Below are positions 49,438-59,877 of a stretch of DNA of 64,000 nt, one piece after another. The notes below the pieces were generated by a model. That model ran no database searches, was not told the origin of the DNA, and worked only from the letters and a program-made list of their open reading frames with translations. Origin of the DNA: Candidatus Thorarchaeota archaeon (GTDB taxonomy: Archaea > Asgardarchaeota > Thorarchaeia > Thorarchaeales > Thorarchaeaceae); NCBI GenBank assembly GCA_019057475.1, contig DXJO01000046.1:64001-128000 (forward strand). The letters are read 5' to 3'. The position numbers and the translations under genes were made by a program. Positions within the stretch are counted from its first letter, which is position 1, and every line of letters starts with the position of its first letter.

Positions 49438-52400
49438 CTAATCCTTTTTGTCGATATGGATGGTGATGTTTCCTCCTTGAAGGAAGCCATATGGGTCGAA
49501 GCCTGCCTCATGCCAGACTAGGCCGTTCTTGTCCAGGACACGTATCTGGAACACATCGACTCCTCCATCTTTGTCGTCGTCCCAGACATCAACTCTGAGC
49601 TGGTAGTTGCCCGAGCCCCAGAGTAGTTCACCAGTTTCTGAGTTATACTGCTGTACAACACATTTTGCCTCGAAGAAGGAGTGGTTGCCAACAATTGCCA
49701 TTCCAAGCCATGCAGTGCTCTTGATGATGTATTCCCATTCACCACTTCTGTATACATAGATTAGCTGACCTCTAGGAAGACCATTCTTCTTATACTTCAC
49801 ATTGAACCCGAAGTTGCCTTTGCTGCCGCTAGGATCCCAGATCCATCCACCACCTGTCACGAAGTCACCTGTGGGCTCATAGACTGTAATGATGACCAGA
49901 TCTGAGTCAGGACCCTGGTAGTAGCTGTTGTCTTCTGATCTGAAACTAATCTGCACCACGTAACCATTCTCGCTCAGATTGGGAATCTCCACTATTGCTA
50001 CTCCTACTCCCTCGACGTTCGTGACCTCGACCATGTACGGACCTTCTACTACGATAGGGTTCGCGAGGTCTAAAGGCACTGAGTAGATAGTGAATGTGAC
50101 ATATATCCTCGTGAGGTCGCCCCAGTAACCGTCTGCGTCATCAAAGACCGTCGCTCTTAGAGTGATCGTGTCAACAGTCGTTGGCACTACCGTTGAGCCT
50201 GTGTATTGCGCATAGGCATATTCCTTCTCTATGATGAACTCGAGAGTTTCAGATGAGGACAGATACTCTTCATCTTCCTCAAACGTTGCTGAAACAGTGT
50301 AGACTCCTCCCGGCTGGTTGAGAATAATCGTGACACTCGCAACACCATCAGAGCCAGTTAATTTGGAATCAGTCTGGCCACCAATAGTGAAGACGATTGT
50401 CTTACCTGGGATTGGCAATTGCGTCGCAATATCGACTAGACTTGCCTCAAGGTAGACTAGGTCAGAGTAGTTACCAGTAACCTCACCGGTATAGGTAATC
50501 TCTGACGCGTTGACACATATCCAGACGGCCTGTTCAGTTTCCACGTTGCTGGCATTATCGACGCTACGATAGTAGATAGTGTGAAGTCCTATGCTATCCA
50601 CGTTGAATGGTCCGCCATAGACTTCCCAGGTACCTGTGTCTATCCGATATTCTGTCCTTTCTACTCCTGAAACGGGGTCTGCAGAATCTAACACGAAGTC
50701 AGTGGCAGTGGAAACATAGGTTGGGTCCGACCCGTAACGCGGAAGTTGAATTGTTAGGGTTGTAATTGGGTTTATCTGGTCAAGCTGGAAGTACAATGTA
50801 TTGGCTGCTTCGATGTTGCCAGCGTTGTCTACCGACCAGTATTCCACCTTATAGGTGTCATCGAGGGAGAACAGAACTGGAGAATCATACACAGCTGCAG
50901 CTCCGTCGTTCACCATGTAGTAGGTCTGCCAGACACCTGACATTGAGTCATCGGCGGTCATGTATAGAGTCACAGGACTGACATACCAGCCATTTAGACC
51001 ATTAGGTGATGCGGGTCCAAGAGTAGCTACGGTGGTTGGGTCTTCTGTGTCTATCTTGAAGTCTGTAGATTTCACCAGCTCTGTGTTGCCAAGGTTGTCA
51101 ACAGACCAGTACTTGACAGTGTGGTATCCGTTCTCTGTGAATGGAAACGAGCCTTCGAAGGGCAATGTAGGGCCTGAATCAAGGATGTAGTAGATGCTGG
51201 AAGTACCGCTCCCATCACCGTCATCGGAAGTGAAACTGATCTCAACAGATGTGACAAACCAGTCGTTTGTGCCAGACACTCCTGTAAGGCTCAAGATGGT
51301 CTGAGACGAAGTATTGTCCAGATAGAGGGTGCAACTCCTTTCCGGCTCTGCATTCCCTGCATGGTCTACCGAGTAGTAGTCGATTGTGTGGGTTCCATCA
51401 TCTCCTAGTAAGTAGAAGGGAGAATACTCTACCCAAGCACCACCATCAATGCGGTAATATGTGAACTGGACATCTGATATCGAATCAGATGCGACTAACG
51501 TTAGTGTAGAGCTCGATGTGACATACGTGAGCACATCCTCATAGTAAGGTAGTCCAACGATGATTTCAGTAGACGGAGGAGTCGTATCAATCACCGTGAT
51601 GGTGACTGTGACCACATTACTGTCTAGACCCCCATCGTTAGCGTGGTAAGTGAACTCGTCAACACCCGCGAACCCTACATCAGGGACATAGGTGAAGGAT
51701 CCATCGCTGGATAGTGTCAATGTACCAAACGATGGAAGCGTATCTAGTATTGAGGTGAGTGCATCACCCTCAATGTCAGTATCATTTAGTAAAACCCCTC
51801 TGGCTTCAATAGAAAGGACTGTTCCTCCCTCCATGACATAGCTATCACTCACAGCCACGGGTGCATCGTTCACGGGATTCACTGTGATATATATCCGGGC
51901 GCCCGATGACTGTGCATACAACGAGTCAATGATCGCGTACTGCATTGACATGCTCGACCCATGCCAGTTCGGATTTGGAGTGTACCTTATCACATTGCGA
52001 TACACACCGGGTTCTACTTCGAATAATATCATTACCAACTGACCATGAATCTCGTATCGGTTCCACGAAAACCACTTCCAATCAAAAGCGTTCCCGTCCA
52101 CATCATAGTCGTTCGCCATGAAATCTATAATGACCGGGGTGTCCTCGTCTGTTTCCACATAGTCATCCACTGCCACAGGTGCATCATTCACTGGATTGAC
52201 GGTGATGATCACTGCAGCTACATTGCCATCGAGGTTTCCATCACTGACTCGATATGTAAACGAATCCTCACCATTGAAATTCAGATTTGGAGTATACGTA
52301 AATGAACCATCCGGATTCAACGTGAGCACGCCATTAGCTGGCCCATATTCCAACACTGCTTGAAGTAGATCTCCATCAATATCAGTATCATTGGCGAGGA

Positions 52401-55400
52401 GACCTGTCGTTACATAAACCTGAAGGAGAGTGTCTTCATCTGTGACATATGCATCATCTTCTGCCACCGGAGCGTCATTCACAGGAATCACTGTAATCGT
52501 CACTGTAGCTACATTGCTATCGAGGTTTCCATCACTGACTCGATATGTAAACGAATCCTCACCATTGAAGTTCGAATTCGGAGTATATGTGAACGACCCA
52601 TCCGGATTCAATGTCAATGATCCATGTGAAGGTCCCGACACAAGCTGGACGGTCAGTGGGTCTCCATCACCATCAGTATCATTGGCGAGGACACCTGTTG
52701 CCGAGTCAACCTGAAGGAAATTGTCCTCGTCTATGGCATAAGCATCATCCAAAGCCACTGGTACATCAGGAACTGAGTTCACGGTGATGTAGATATGAGC
52801 AGCTGACGAATATGCACCCAAGGAGTCAATGATACCGTACTCCACAGACGTGCTCGTCCCATGCCAGTTCGGATCTGGAGTGTACTTCAATGCCGTTCGA
52901 TACACACCGGGCTCTACCTCGATTGAAACCCAATCAAACCAACCATGAATCTCGTCCGGGAGCCATGAGAACCACATCCAATCAAAGGAATCGCCTTCTA
53001 TGTCATAGTCATTAGCCATGAAATCAATGATGACCGGGGTGTCTTCATCTGTCACTACATAGTCGTCTACAGCCACAGGTGCATCGTTCACCGAGTTCAC
53101 TGTGATGATCACTGTTGCAGTATCAGAGAGTATCCCATCCGACACTTCATAGACGAACGAGTCCTCATCAAACCAGTTGGGGTCCGGGGTATAGGTGAAC
53201 GAACCATCCGCATTGAACACCAATGAGCCATGAGAGGGTCCTGTCACAAGCACAGCAGTGAGGGCGTCTCCTTCAACATCAGTATCATTAGCGAGGAGAC
53301 CTGTCGTTACATAAACCTGAAGGAAAGTGTCTTCATCTGTGACATATGCATCATCTTCTGCCATAGGTGCATCGTTCACCGAGTTCACCGTGATGGTCAC
53401 TGTGGCAGTATCAGTTAGCGTCCCATCCGATACCTCGTACGTGAAAGAGTCCTCGCCATTAAAGTCTAGGTCCGGTACGTATACAAAGTTTCCCTCGCTG
53501 ACACCTGTTGGCAATAAAACGCCATGGAGAGGTATCGTCAATAACACCATACTCAGGGAATCCCCGTCAATATCAGAATCGTTCAGTAGGATATCGATCA
53601 CAAACAACTTGTCCTCAAGCGTCGTATAGAAGTCATCCACAGCTACCGGGGCATCATTCACCGGATTCACGGTGATGGTCACCGTGGCTACATTGCTATC
53701 GAGCTCTCCATCACTGACACGATATGTGAACGAGTCTGCTCCATTGAAGTTCAGATTTGGAGCGTATATGAACGACCCATCAGCATTCAATGTGATTGCC
53801 CCCTCGGAAGGCCCAGACACAAGTATGGCCACGAGTGAATCTGAGTCTACGTCCGAGTCATTGTACAACACCCCTGCCAATGCGCCACCAGTAATGAACG
53901 GAGCGTCTTCATCTGTGATATACCTGTCATCCACTGCCACTGGCGCATCATTCACCGAGTTCACGATAATCGTCACCGTTGCAGTATCAGTTAGTGTCCC
54001 ATCCGACACCTCATACGTGAACGAATCCTCACCATTGAAGTCTGGGTCCGGTACGTATACAAAGTCTCCCTCACTGGCACCGGTTGGCAATAAGACGCCA
54101 TGTTGAGGCGTTGTCAACAACACCACACTCAGTAAATCCCCGTCTACATCATCATCGTTCGTCAAGAAGTTGATCACAAACGGGAGGTCCTCAAGTGTCG
54201 TATAGAAGTCATCTACAGCTACTGGTGCATCGTTCACCGGATTCACGGTGATGTATATCGTTGCCTGATACATACCTATGGTACCATCCGTGATTACGTA
54301 TCTCAGCGTCGAGGTTGACCCGTACCAGTTGGGATCCGGCGTATACCTGAAGGCTTCTCGGTACACTCCGGGCTCAACCTCAAAAATGCCCCATGTAATC
54401 GTGCCATGGAGCTCGTTTGGATTGTATTGCCACACTATCAGACGGATAGAATCGCCATCAACATCGTAGTCATTGGCCAAATAGTCAATGATGACTGAAG
54501 TGTCTTCGTCCGTTTCGACATAGTCATCCACAGGCATAGCATAATCGTTCACCGAGTTCACCGTGATGGTTACAGTAGCATTATCAGACAGGGTTCCATC
54601 TGACACCTCATAGACGAACGAGTCCTCACCAAACCAGTTGAGGTCCGGCGTATAGGTAAACGACCCATCCGGATTCAATGTCAACACACCATATGAGGGT
54701 TCTGTCACAAGCACAGCAGTGAGTGTGTCCAAGTCAGCATCAACATCGTTAGTCAAGACCCCCGGTAGCTCAACAATAAGTGGAACGTCTTCATCTGTGA
54801 TATAGGCATCATCCGTAGCGACTGGTGCTTGGTTTACACTGAGAGTAAAGACTCCACTCAGAACACCGCCACCCCTGACTGTGACTTCCAGTGGGTAGTC
54901 CCCCGCGGAGAGATGTACAATGTTAGTCACAACCCCCTGGCTGTCAACAGAGAATTGTGCAGTGTTATTAATGGTCCATTCATGATCTTCCCAGTACGAG
55001 TAGTCGATATTCAGGTCATAACTGAGGTCTTCACCGAGATTGATTGTCTGATCTGAAGGCGTCGGTGTCCAGCTCATTCCAAACTCTGGAGCAGGGTCTT
55101 GGTTGGAACTCGTACCGGGGATGAGATGCGGTATGTCACCGACACCATCATGATTCACGTCGGTCCCGTCGTAGCTCCAGTACAGGTTTCCTACAAAGAC
55201 ATTGTATAAGCCATCGTCATAGGCGTCTGCGAGCTCACCTCTTATGGCGTTGTCGCGGATGGTGAAATCGCGAGTCACACTACCTGCGCCCTCAGCCAGA
55301 TAGATGCCGTAGTCACTATGCAGTATAATATTGTCTTGAATCGGCATCCCTGGGTCACCGCTGCAAAGCTCCAGCAGAATGCCGCAACCGTGATTCGAGG

Positions 55401-58400
55401 AGAGCGTATTCCCTTGTATGATAACATCTTCAACATTATAGAGATGGATCGCGTGCCCTTCGTTATCTAGGATTATGTTCGAGTTCATGTCAACGCCCAT
55501 CGTCATTGGCCCTTCTACATAGACACCGATTTCATTGCCATCAAATTCATTCATGTAGATTCCAGCACCTGCCATGGACTGATATATCCCATAATCATTC
55601 TCGTAGAAACCATTCTCAATGATGTTGGTGTAGCCTGGTGTGTATTGGTTTAGAGCGTATATGCCAAAATGGTTGTCAAAGAAAGTGTTCCTTTCTAATT
55701 CGGGACTTGTCTGAATTTCTTCTAGGTAGACTCCAGACTCAGCGCCTGTCAGATAGCAGTTGCGAATCGCAAAGTGAGTAGAATCGATATTCTTAACGCT
55801 GATGCAATAGGGACCATCCGCACCGTGTATTCTCAAATTATCGATGATGTAAGGAAGATTGTAGGTGCCATCCCCAGACCACCCCATGGCTTGTGACTTT
55901 GCTATGAGAGCGACATCACCATCAATTGCAATAGGTACATCGTACGGGTCTGGCCCCACTCTGACATAGAATGGTTCTGTCAAGACTCCGCCACCTCTGA
56001 CTGAAACCTCCAAGTAATAGTTCCTCACAGAAAGTGATGCTACGTTGGTCACAATACCTTCATTATCAATCGAGAAATAGGGTGTGCTACTGATTGACCA
56101 TTCATAGTCTGTCCAGTCATACCCAAAGTACCGTAAATAGTCAAAGGTCACTTCAATGTCCAGGCCATACTCAAATCGCTGGTTAACATCCACTATTTGA
56201 TCCGTTGGAGGATTGGCCCATCTCAGTCCCATATGGGGAGCCAAGTCTTGATTTCCCGCGATTCCTGCTATGGGGTGTGCTGTGTCACCGATATCGTCGT
56301 AGTCTGCATCAGTTCCAAGGTAGCTCCAGTACACGTTCCCTTCAAAGACATTGCTGGATCCGTTGTCAACGGCGTCCGCGAGCTCACCCCTAAACACGTT
56401 ATCAGTAATCACAAAGCCACCTGAGTTCTGAGTCAGATAGATTCCATATTGGCTATGCAGTTTGTTGCCTTGAATTGTATTCATTGAATTCCCGGAGCTA
56501 TCCTCCAGCAGTATACCGCACCCACCCTCTGAAACTATATTGTTCCCTGTAATTCGCACGTTCAAAACATGATAGAGATGGATAGCGTGATATCGGTTCT
56601 CTGAGAAGATGTTTAGATCCATATCTACACCCATCGCCATTTGCCCGTCTACATAGACACCGATTTCATTGCCATCAAATTCATTCATGTAGATTCCAGC
56701 ACCTGCCATGGACTGATATATAGCATAGACATTATCGCGGAATTCATTTTGCACAATGTAAGTGTAGCCATGAGTGGCTACGTCTTCAGCGTATATCCCA
56801 TAATCATTTAGAAGAAACGTACTTCCTTCCACGGTATTGGAGGTTTCCACACCCACTAGATAGACTCCGTACACGCCGCTTGTAAGATAGCAGTTGCGAA
56901 TGACAAACTCTGTGGAAACAAGGTTCTTGATACTGATACAGTACCCATCTAGTCCCCTAGGAATCCAGTAGTTTTCGATTACGTAAGGATAGCTGTGTGA
57001 GCCGTCACCGGACCACCCCTCCTGTTGTGCTTGTGCTACAAAATCAGCATCGCCATCAATAGATATTACCAGATGATAGCCACTCAGACGGGTCAATGGA
57101 TAAAGGTCTTCAAAACCTTCGCCCACGTATGGGGTGTCTCCGATGCCATCATTGTCCGCATCAACTCCGCCATAGTCCGACCAGAGATTAGATGAAATGA
57201 ACTTATCACCCTGTGTCGCATATACCTGTGCATTCACCCCGTTATACAGTAGAGCATTATAGACGACCTCAATGTCTAAGTTGCTGTCCAGATCGAAACC
57301 ACCTCCGTTATTCATTAGGCCGTTATTGCCAACACTGGTACGCACGGCAATGGTAACTCTTATTCCCCAATCACCGCATCCAAATATCTCGTTGTTCATG
57401 ACAATTGTGTCAGTAGAGATGTTTATACTTAGACCATCACCATATTGGATATCGAAAATCTCATTGCTGCTCACTGTTGTACGTAGGCAGTAGGTAATGT
57501 CGATCCCAACACCCGAGTAGATATGTGAAATCGTATTCCCATCGATTACAGTATCACTTGAATCAGTGATGATAATCCCACCACCCGAGTAGATATGTGA
57601 AATCGTATTCCCATCGATTACAGTATCACTTGAATCAGTGATGATAATCCCGGTGTCATAACCGTTGGTAATAACATTGCGAGTGATTGTGTTGCTAATT
57701 GGGTAGAGAAGTATATTGGCGACTGGGTCTTCCCACGGGGAGATCGAGATGCCAGTCCAACACTCATGGATTAGGTTATCGTCTACGGTATTGTATGAGG
57801 AACCGAAAAGCTCGATGCGTCCATCGGAGAGTGTGTTCCCAATGATTGTGTTGCTGGAGGACCCAAAAAGAGTGATAATGCCCGGAATACCCAGATTCCC
57901 GTCAATTGTGTTGTATGAGGAGCTATAGAGAAGAATCTCCAACCCAGGCTTGCCCGTGTTGCCATGTATCGCATTATATGAAGAACCAAAAAGGCCAATT
58001 CCCATACCACAGTCGATGAAATTGTTGCCGCTTATCATGCTGTAACTTGACCCATGGTAGTGAGGATCGTTTCCTCCTGTATTACCCAGTCCAATACCGT
58101 AATTGCTGTATATGATGAGGTTGTCTGCTAGATATCCGTTCATGACATCCACAAGGTGAATGCCACTGGCAAAACCGAGCGTGGGTTCATGTTCCATGCC
58201 TTGAGCACCGGTCAACCGGCAGTTTATGATTCTGAAATGGACTTGAGTACCGAAGATGAAAATGGAGCTTCCCTCTAAACCAGTACTGTCAATCTCCAGC
58301 CTTTCGATAATGTATGGATTATTCTGTGTTCCATCGCCTGGCCAACCTTCAGCCTGAGCCATCGCTGCGAACTCACTGTCGCCATGGATTTTGATGGGGT

Positions 58401-58581
58401 CATGCGGCGAGTAGGAAGCTACAGACATGGTGTCCAGTTCTGGATCTGAAACAGTCGCTCTTGGAGATTGAATCATTCCATCAACATCTCTAACAGGGGT
58501 AGCAACAGGTGCCGGCCCTATCAAGAACAGTATGAAACCTATTGATACAACAAGAATACAGACTCGACCCTTCCTTCGCAT
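49438..58581 (-). CDS. Giant (~3050 aa) secreted adhesin-like protein: 3 NosD/CASH beta-helix modules, 11 tandem ~95-aa cadherin/Big_9-like repeats, Ig-like DTTPP-type repeats, C-terminal GGGW..NFGF domain
   Basis: Signal peptide from ATG 58581 (track start 58644); NDAPVA.DD.Y.TDED repeats; no C-terminal TM helix. Confidence 0.9.
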   Translation of the reverse strand: MRRKGRVCILVVSIGFILFLIGPAPVATPVRDVDGMIQSPRATVSDPELDTMSVASYSPHDPIKIHGDSEFAAMAQAEGWPGDGTQNNPYIIERLEIDSTGLEGSSIFIFGTQVHFRIINCRLTGAQGMEHEPTLGFASGIHLVDVMNGYLADNLIIYSNYGIGLGNTGGNDPHYHGSSYSMISGNNFIDCGMGIGLFGSSYNAIHGNTGKPGLEILLYSSSYNTIDGNLGIPGIITLFGSSSNTIIGNTLSDGRIELFGSSYNTVDDNLIHECWTGISISPWEDPVANILLYPISNTITRNVITNGYDTGIIITDSSDTVIDGNTISHIYSGGGIIITDSSDTVIDGNTISHIYSGVGIDITYCLRTTVSSNEIFDIQYGDGLSINISTDTIVMNNEIFGCGDWGIRVTIAVRTSVGNNGLMNNGGGFDLDSNLDIEVVYNALLYNGVNAQVYATQGDKFISSNLWSDYGGVDADNDGIGDTPYVGEGFEDLYPLTRLSGYHLVISIDGDADFVAQAQQEGWSGDGSHSYPYVIENYWIPRGLDGYCISIKNLVSTEFVIRNCYLTSGVYGVYLVGVETSNTVEGSTFLLNDYGIYAEDVATHGYTYIVQNEFRDNVYAIYQSMAGAGIYMNEFDGNEIGVYVDGQMAMGVDMDLNIFSENRYHAIHLYHVLNVRITGNNIVSEGGCGILLEDSSGNSMNTIQGNKLHSQYGIYLTQNSGGFVITDNVFRGELADAVDNGSSNVFEGNVYWSYLGTDADYDDIGDTAHPIAGIAGNQDLAPHMGLRWANPPTDQIVDVNQRFEYGLDIEVTFDYLRYFGYDWTDYEWSISSTPYFSIDNEGIVTNVASLSVRNYYLEVSVRGGGVLTEPFYVRVGPDPYDVPIAIDGDVALIAKSQAMGWSGDGTYNLPYIIDNLRIHGADGPYCISVKNIDSTHFAIRNCYLTGAESGVYLEEIQTSPELERNTFFDNHFGIYALNQYTPGYTNIIENGFYENDYGIYQSMAGAGIYMNEFDGNEIGVYVEGPMTMGVDMNSNIILDNEGHAIHLYNVEDVIIQGNTLSSNHGCGILLELCSGDPGMPIQDNIILHSDYGIYLAEGAGSVTRDFTIRDNAIRGELADAYDDGLYNVFVGNLYWSYDGTDVNHDGVGDIPHLIPGTSSNQDPAPEFGMSWTPTPSDQTINLGEDLSYDLNIDYSYWEDHEWTINNTAQFSVDSQGVVTNIVHLSAGDYPLEVTVRGGGVLSGVFTLSVNQAPVATDDAYITDEDVPLIVELPGVLTNDVDADLDTLTAVLVTEPSYGVLTLNPDGSFTYTPDLNWFGEDSFVYEVSDGTLSDNATVTITVNSVNDYAMPVDDYVETDEDTSVIIDYLANDYDVDGDSIRLIVWQYNPNELHGTITWGIFEVEPGVYREAFRYTPDPNWYGSTSTLRYVITDGTIGMYQATIYITVNPVNDAPVAVDDFYTTLEDLPFVINFLTNDDDVDGDLLSVVLLTTPQHGVLLPTGASEGDFVYVPDPDFNGEDSFTYEVSDGTLTDTATVTIIVNSVNDAPVAVDDRYITDEDAPFITGGALAGVLYNDSDVDSDSLVAILVSGPSEGAITLNADGSFIYAPNLNFNGADSFTYRVSDGELDSNVATVTITVNPVNDAPVAVDDFYTTLEDKLFVIDILLNDSDIDGDSLSMVLLTIPLHGVLLPTGVSEGNFVYVPDLDFNGEDSFTYEVSDGTLTDTATVTITVNSVNDAPMAEDDAYVTDEDTFLQVYVTTGLLANDTDVEGDALTAVLVTGPSHGSLVFNADGSFTYTPDPNWFDEDSFVYEVSDGILSDTATVIITVNSVNDAPVAVDDYVVTDEDTPVIIDFMANDYDIEGDSFDWMWFSWLPDEIHGWFDWVSIEVEPGVYRTALKYTPDPNWHGTSTSVEYGIIDSLGAYSSAAHIYITVNSVPDVPVALDDAYAIDEDNFLQVDSATGVLANDTDGDGDPLTVQLVSGPSHGSLTLNPDGSFTYTPNSNFNGEDSFTYRVSDGNLDSNVATVTITVIPVNDAPVAEDDAYVTDEDTLLQVYVTTGLLANDTDIDGDLLQAVLEYGPANGVLTLNPDGSFTYTPNLNFNGEDSFTYRVSDGNLDGNVAAVIITVNPVNDAPVAVDDYVETDEDTPVIIDFMANDYDVDGNAFDWKWFSWNRYEIHGQLVMILFEVEPGVYRNVIRYTPNPNWHGSSMSMQYAIIDSLYAQSSGARIYITVNPVNDAPVAVSDSYVMEGGTVLSIEARGVLLNDTDIEGDALTSILDTLPSFGTLTLSSDGSFTYVPDVGFAGVDEFTYHANDGGLDSNVVTVTITVIDTTPPSTEIIVGLPYYEDVLTYVTSSSTLTLVASDSISDVQFTYYRIDGGAWVEYSPFYLLGDDGTHTIDYYSVDHAGNAEPERSCTLYLDNTSSQTILSLTGVSGTNDWFVTSVEISFTSDDGDGSGTSSIYYILDSGPTLPFEGSFPFTENGYHTVKYWSVDNLGNTELVKSTDFKIDTEDPTTVATLGPASPNGLNGWYVSPVTLYMTADDSMSGVWQTYYMVNDGAAAVYDSPVLFSLDDTYKVEYWSVDNAGNIEAANTLYFQLDQINPITTLTIQLPRYGSDPTYVSTATDFVLDSADPVSGVERTEYRIDTGTWEVYGGPFNVDSIGLHTIYYRSVDNASNVETEQAVWICVNASEITYTGEVTGNYSDLVYLEASLVDIATQLPIPGKTIVFTIGGQTDSKLTGSDGVASVTIILNQPGGVYTVSATFEEDEEYLSSSETLEFIIEKEYAYAQYTGSTVVPTTVDTITLRATVFDDADGYWGDLTRIYVTFTIYSVPLDLANPIVVEGPYMVEVTNVEGVGVAIVEIPNLSENGYVVQISFRSEDNSYYQGPDSDLVIITVYEPTGDFVTGGGWIWDPSGSKGNFGFNVKYKKNGLPRGQLIYVYRSGEWEYIIKSTAWLGMAIVGNHSFFEAKCVVQQYNSETGELLWGSGNYQLRVDVWDDDKDGGVDVFQIRVLDKNGLVWHEAGFDPYGFLQGGNITIHIDKKD
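57510..57651. repeat. Exact 70-bp direct repeat (period 72 bp), one beta-helix turn
   Basis: GIIITDSSDTVIDGNTISHIYSG is encoded twice by identical DNA. Confidence 0.9.
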
Positions 58582-58762
58582 GGTCAATTTCTCCTCTGCT
58601 GCGACGAACGCGGTCAAGGTCTGCTCATGCAAGTCGAGAATCAAGTGTCAATGTATTGTTGTTTCCAATCTTCCTCGCAGTACTACGATTACTATGGCTT
58701 TGCTTGCTTATTAACCATTCAACCAAGCGTTTATTGCCCACGGTTGAGCTGATAAGCCGTCT

Positions 58763-58877
58763 GTCGTCACGGCGAGGGAAATCTTCGGTCCTGAGAACCG
58801 GCCTTACAGACAAGAGAAGCAGAAGTAGTTCTCATTCTAGTTCGAGAGAGGCCAGTCCTCTCTCCATCTCTCTTTCT
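58763..58877 (+). repeat. R7: acd 3'-end copy (VVTAREIFGPENRPYRQEKQK*) plus hairpin, type A arm
   Basis: gtcgtcacggcgagggaaatcttcggtcctgagaaccggccttacagacaagagaagcagaagtagttctcattctagttcgagagaggccagtcctctctc. Confidence 0.95.
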
Positions 58878-59002
58878 GCACCCATAAACAGAAAAGCTGC
58901 TCCTCATAGTATTCAGCACCAGAAGAAAGGTAGTCGAGAGAGATCTCTGAAGATGTACCCAAAATCAGTGCCTTAAGACCAAATGGCGTTCTAATTGGAA
59001 CA

Positions 59003-59389
59003 ATGCTCCAGCTGACAAGAGCGCTGCTCCTCATCACCTTCTACTGGTTGATGTTGATTGAGTTTGCTCAGAGGCCAAGTTGGTCAGGTGGACCCGACAT
59101 CATGACTGCGCCCCCCTCGCCATTACTCTTTTGGTTGGGGCTTCTTGATGTTGTGACTGCAATCCAACTGTGGAGAGCAAACATCCAGGGCTGGAGATAC
59201 GGGGTCTTGATGAGCTTGGTGATTGTCCTTGCCGCGTTGCTGTTCCTGCCCAACATAATAATTCTAAGGCACGACGCCATGTCTATTTTAGCCATAGAGA
59301 TTCTTCTTTTTTCGGCAGCGGAATTAATTGTGCTAATCACTCCAGGCGTTCGCCAGCACTTCGGCGTGCAATCGTGGTTAGGAGTTTAG
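59003..59389 (+). CDS. Small membrane protein (4 TM)
   Basis: Hydrophobic 128-aa ORF ending TPGVRQHFG; sole gene between R7 and R8. Confidence 0.75.
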   Translation: MLQLTRALLLITFYWLMLIEFAQRPSWSGGPDIMTAPPSPLLFWLGLLDVVTAIQLWRANIQGWRYGVLMSLVIVLAALLFLPNIIILRHDAMSILAIEILLFSAAELIVLITPGVRQHFGVQSWLGV

Positions 59390-59396
59390 CAGCGCG

Positions 59397-59512
59397 GCCA
59401 TGGCCACGCGAATTTTCGGTCCTGAGAACCTCCCCTACATTCGAGAGAAGCGGAAGTAGTTCTCATTCTGGTTTGAGAGAGGCACGTTCTCGCTCCATTT
59501 CTCTCTTTTCTC
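59397..59512 (+). repeat. R8: acd 3'-end copy (AMATRIFGPENLPYIREKRK*) plus hairpin, type A arm
   Basis: atggccacgcgaattttcggtcctgagaacctcccctacattcgagagaagcggaagtagttctcattctggtttgagagaggcacg. Confidence 0.93.
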
Positions 59513-59750
59513 AACAAATAGAAGATTTCTTCCCCCTAAGACTGATGTATAGTTCTCTAATGCATATGTGAAAAGCAAGAAAAGTACAAAATACTGCTGC
59601 CACGAGAATAAAAAATACAACAGGATCAGAATAGGGTGCACCAGAGACTAATAGAATCAGAGCTACTCCAATGAATGCAATGACGCCTCTCATCACAAAC
59701 CTTTGATTGTTGGAGTCTTCAGGATCGAGCTAGGAGTCATCAGCGTTCAT
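59511..59750 (-). pseudogene. Small 2-TM protein with in-frame TAG at codon 7 (or a 61-aa protein starting at 59696)
   Basis: From ATG 59750: MNADDS*LDPEDSNNQRFVMRGVIAFIG...; sole ORF between R8 and R9. Confidence 0.45.
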
Positions 59751-59877
59751 AGTGCAAGATACCTGATTAGACATAACGAGGTCCCTTGGGAATATCCCAC
59801 GTAAACATCTTATCTTGAAACGTTATAAGCATAATTTAGGAAGTGCCTGCGCCTTCAGCGCATTCTGGATGGTGACA

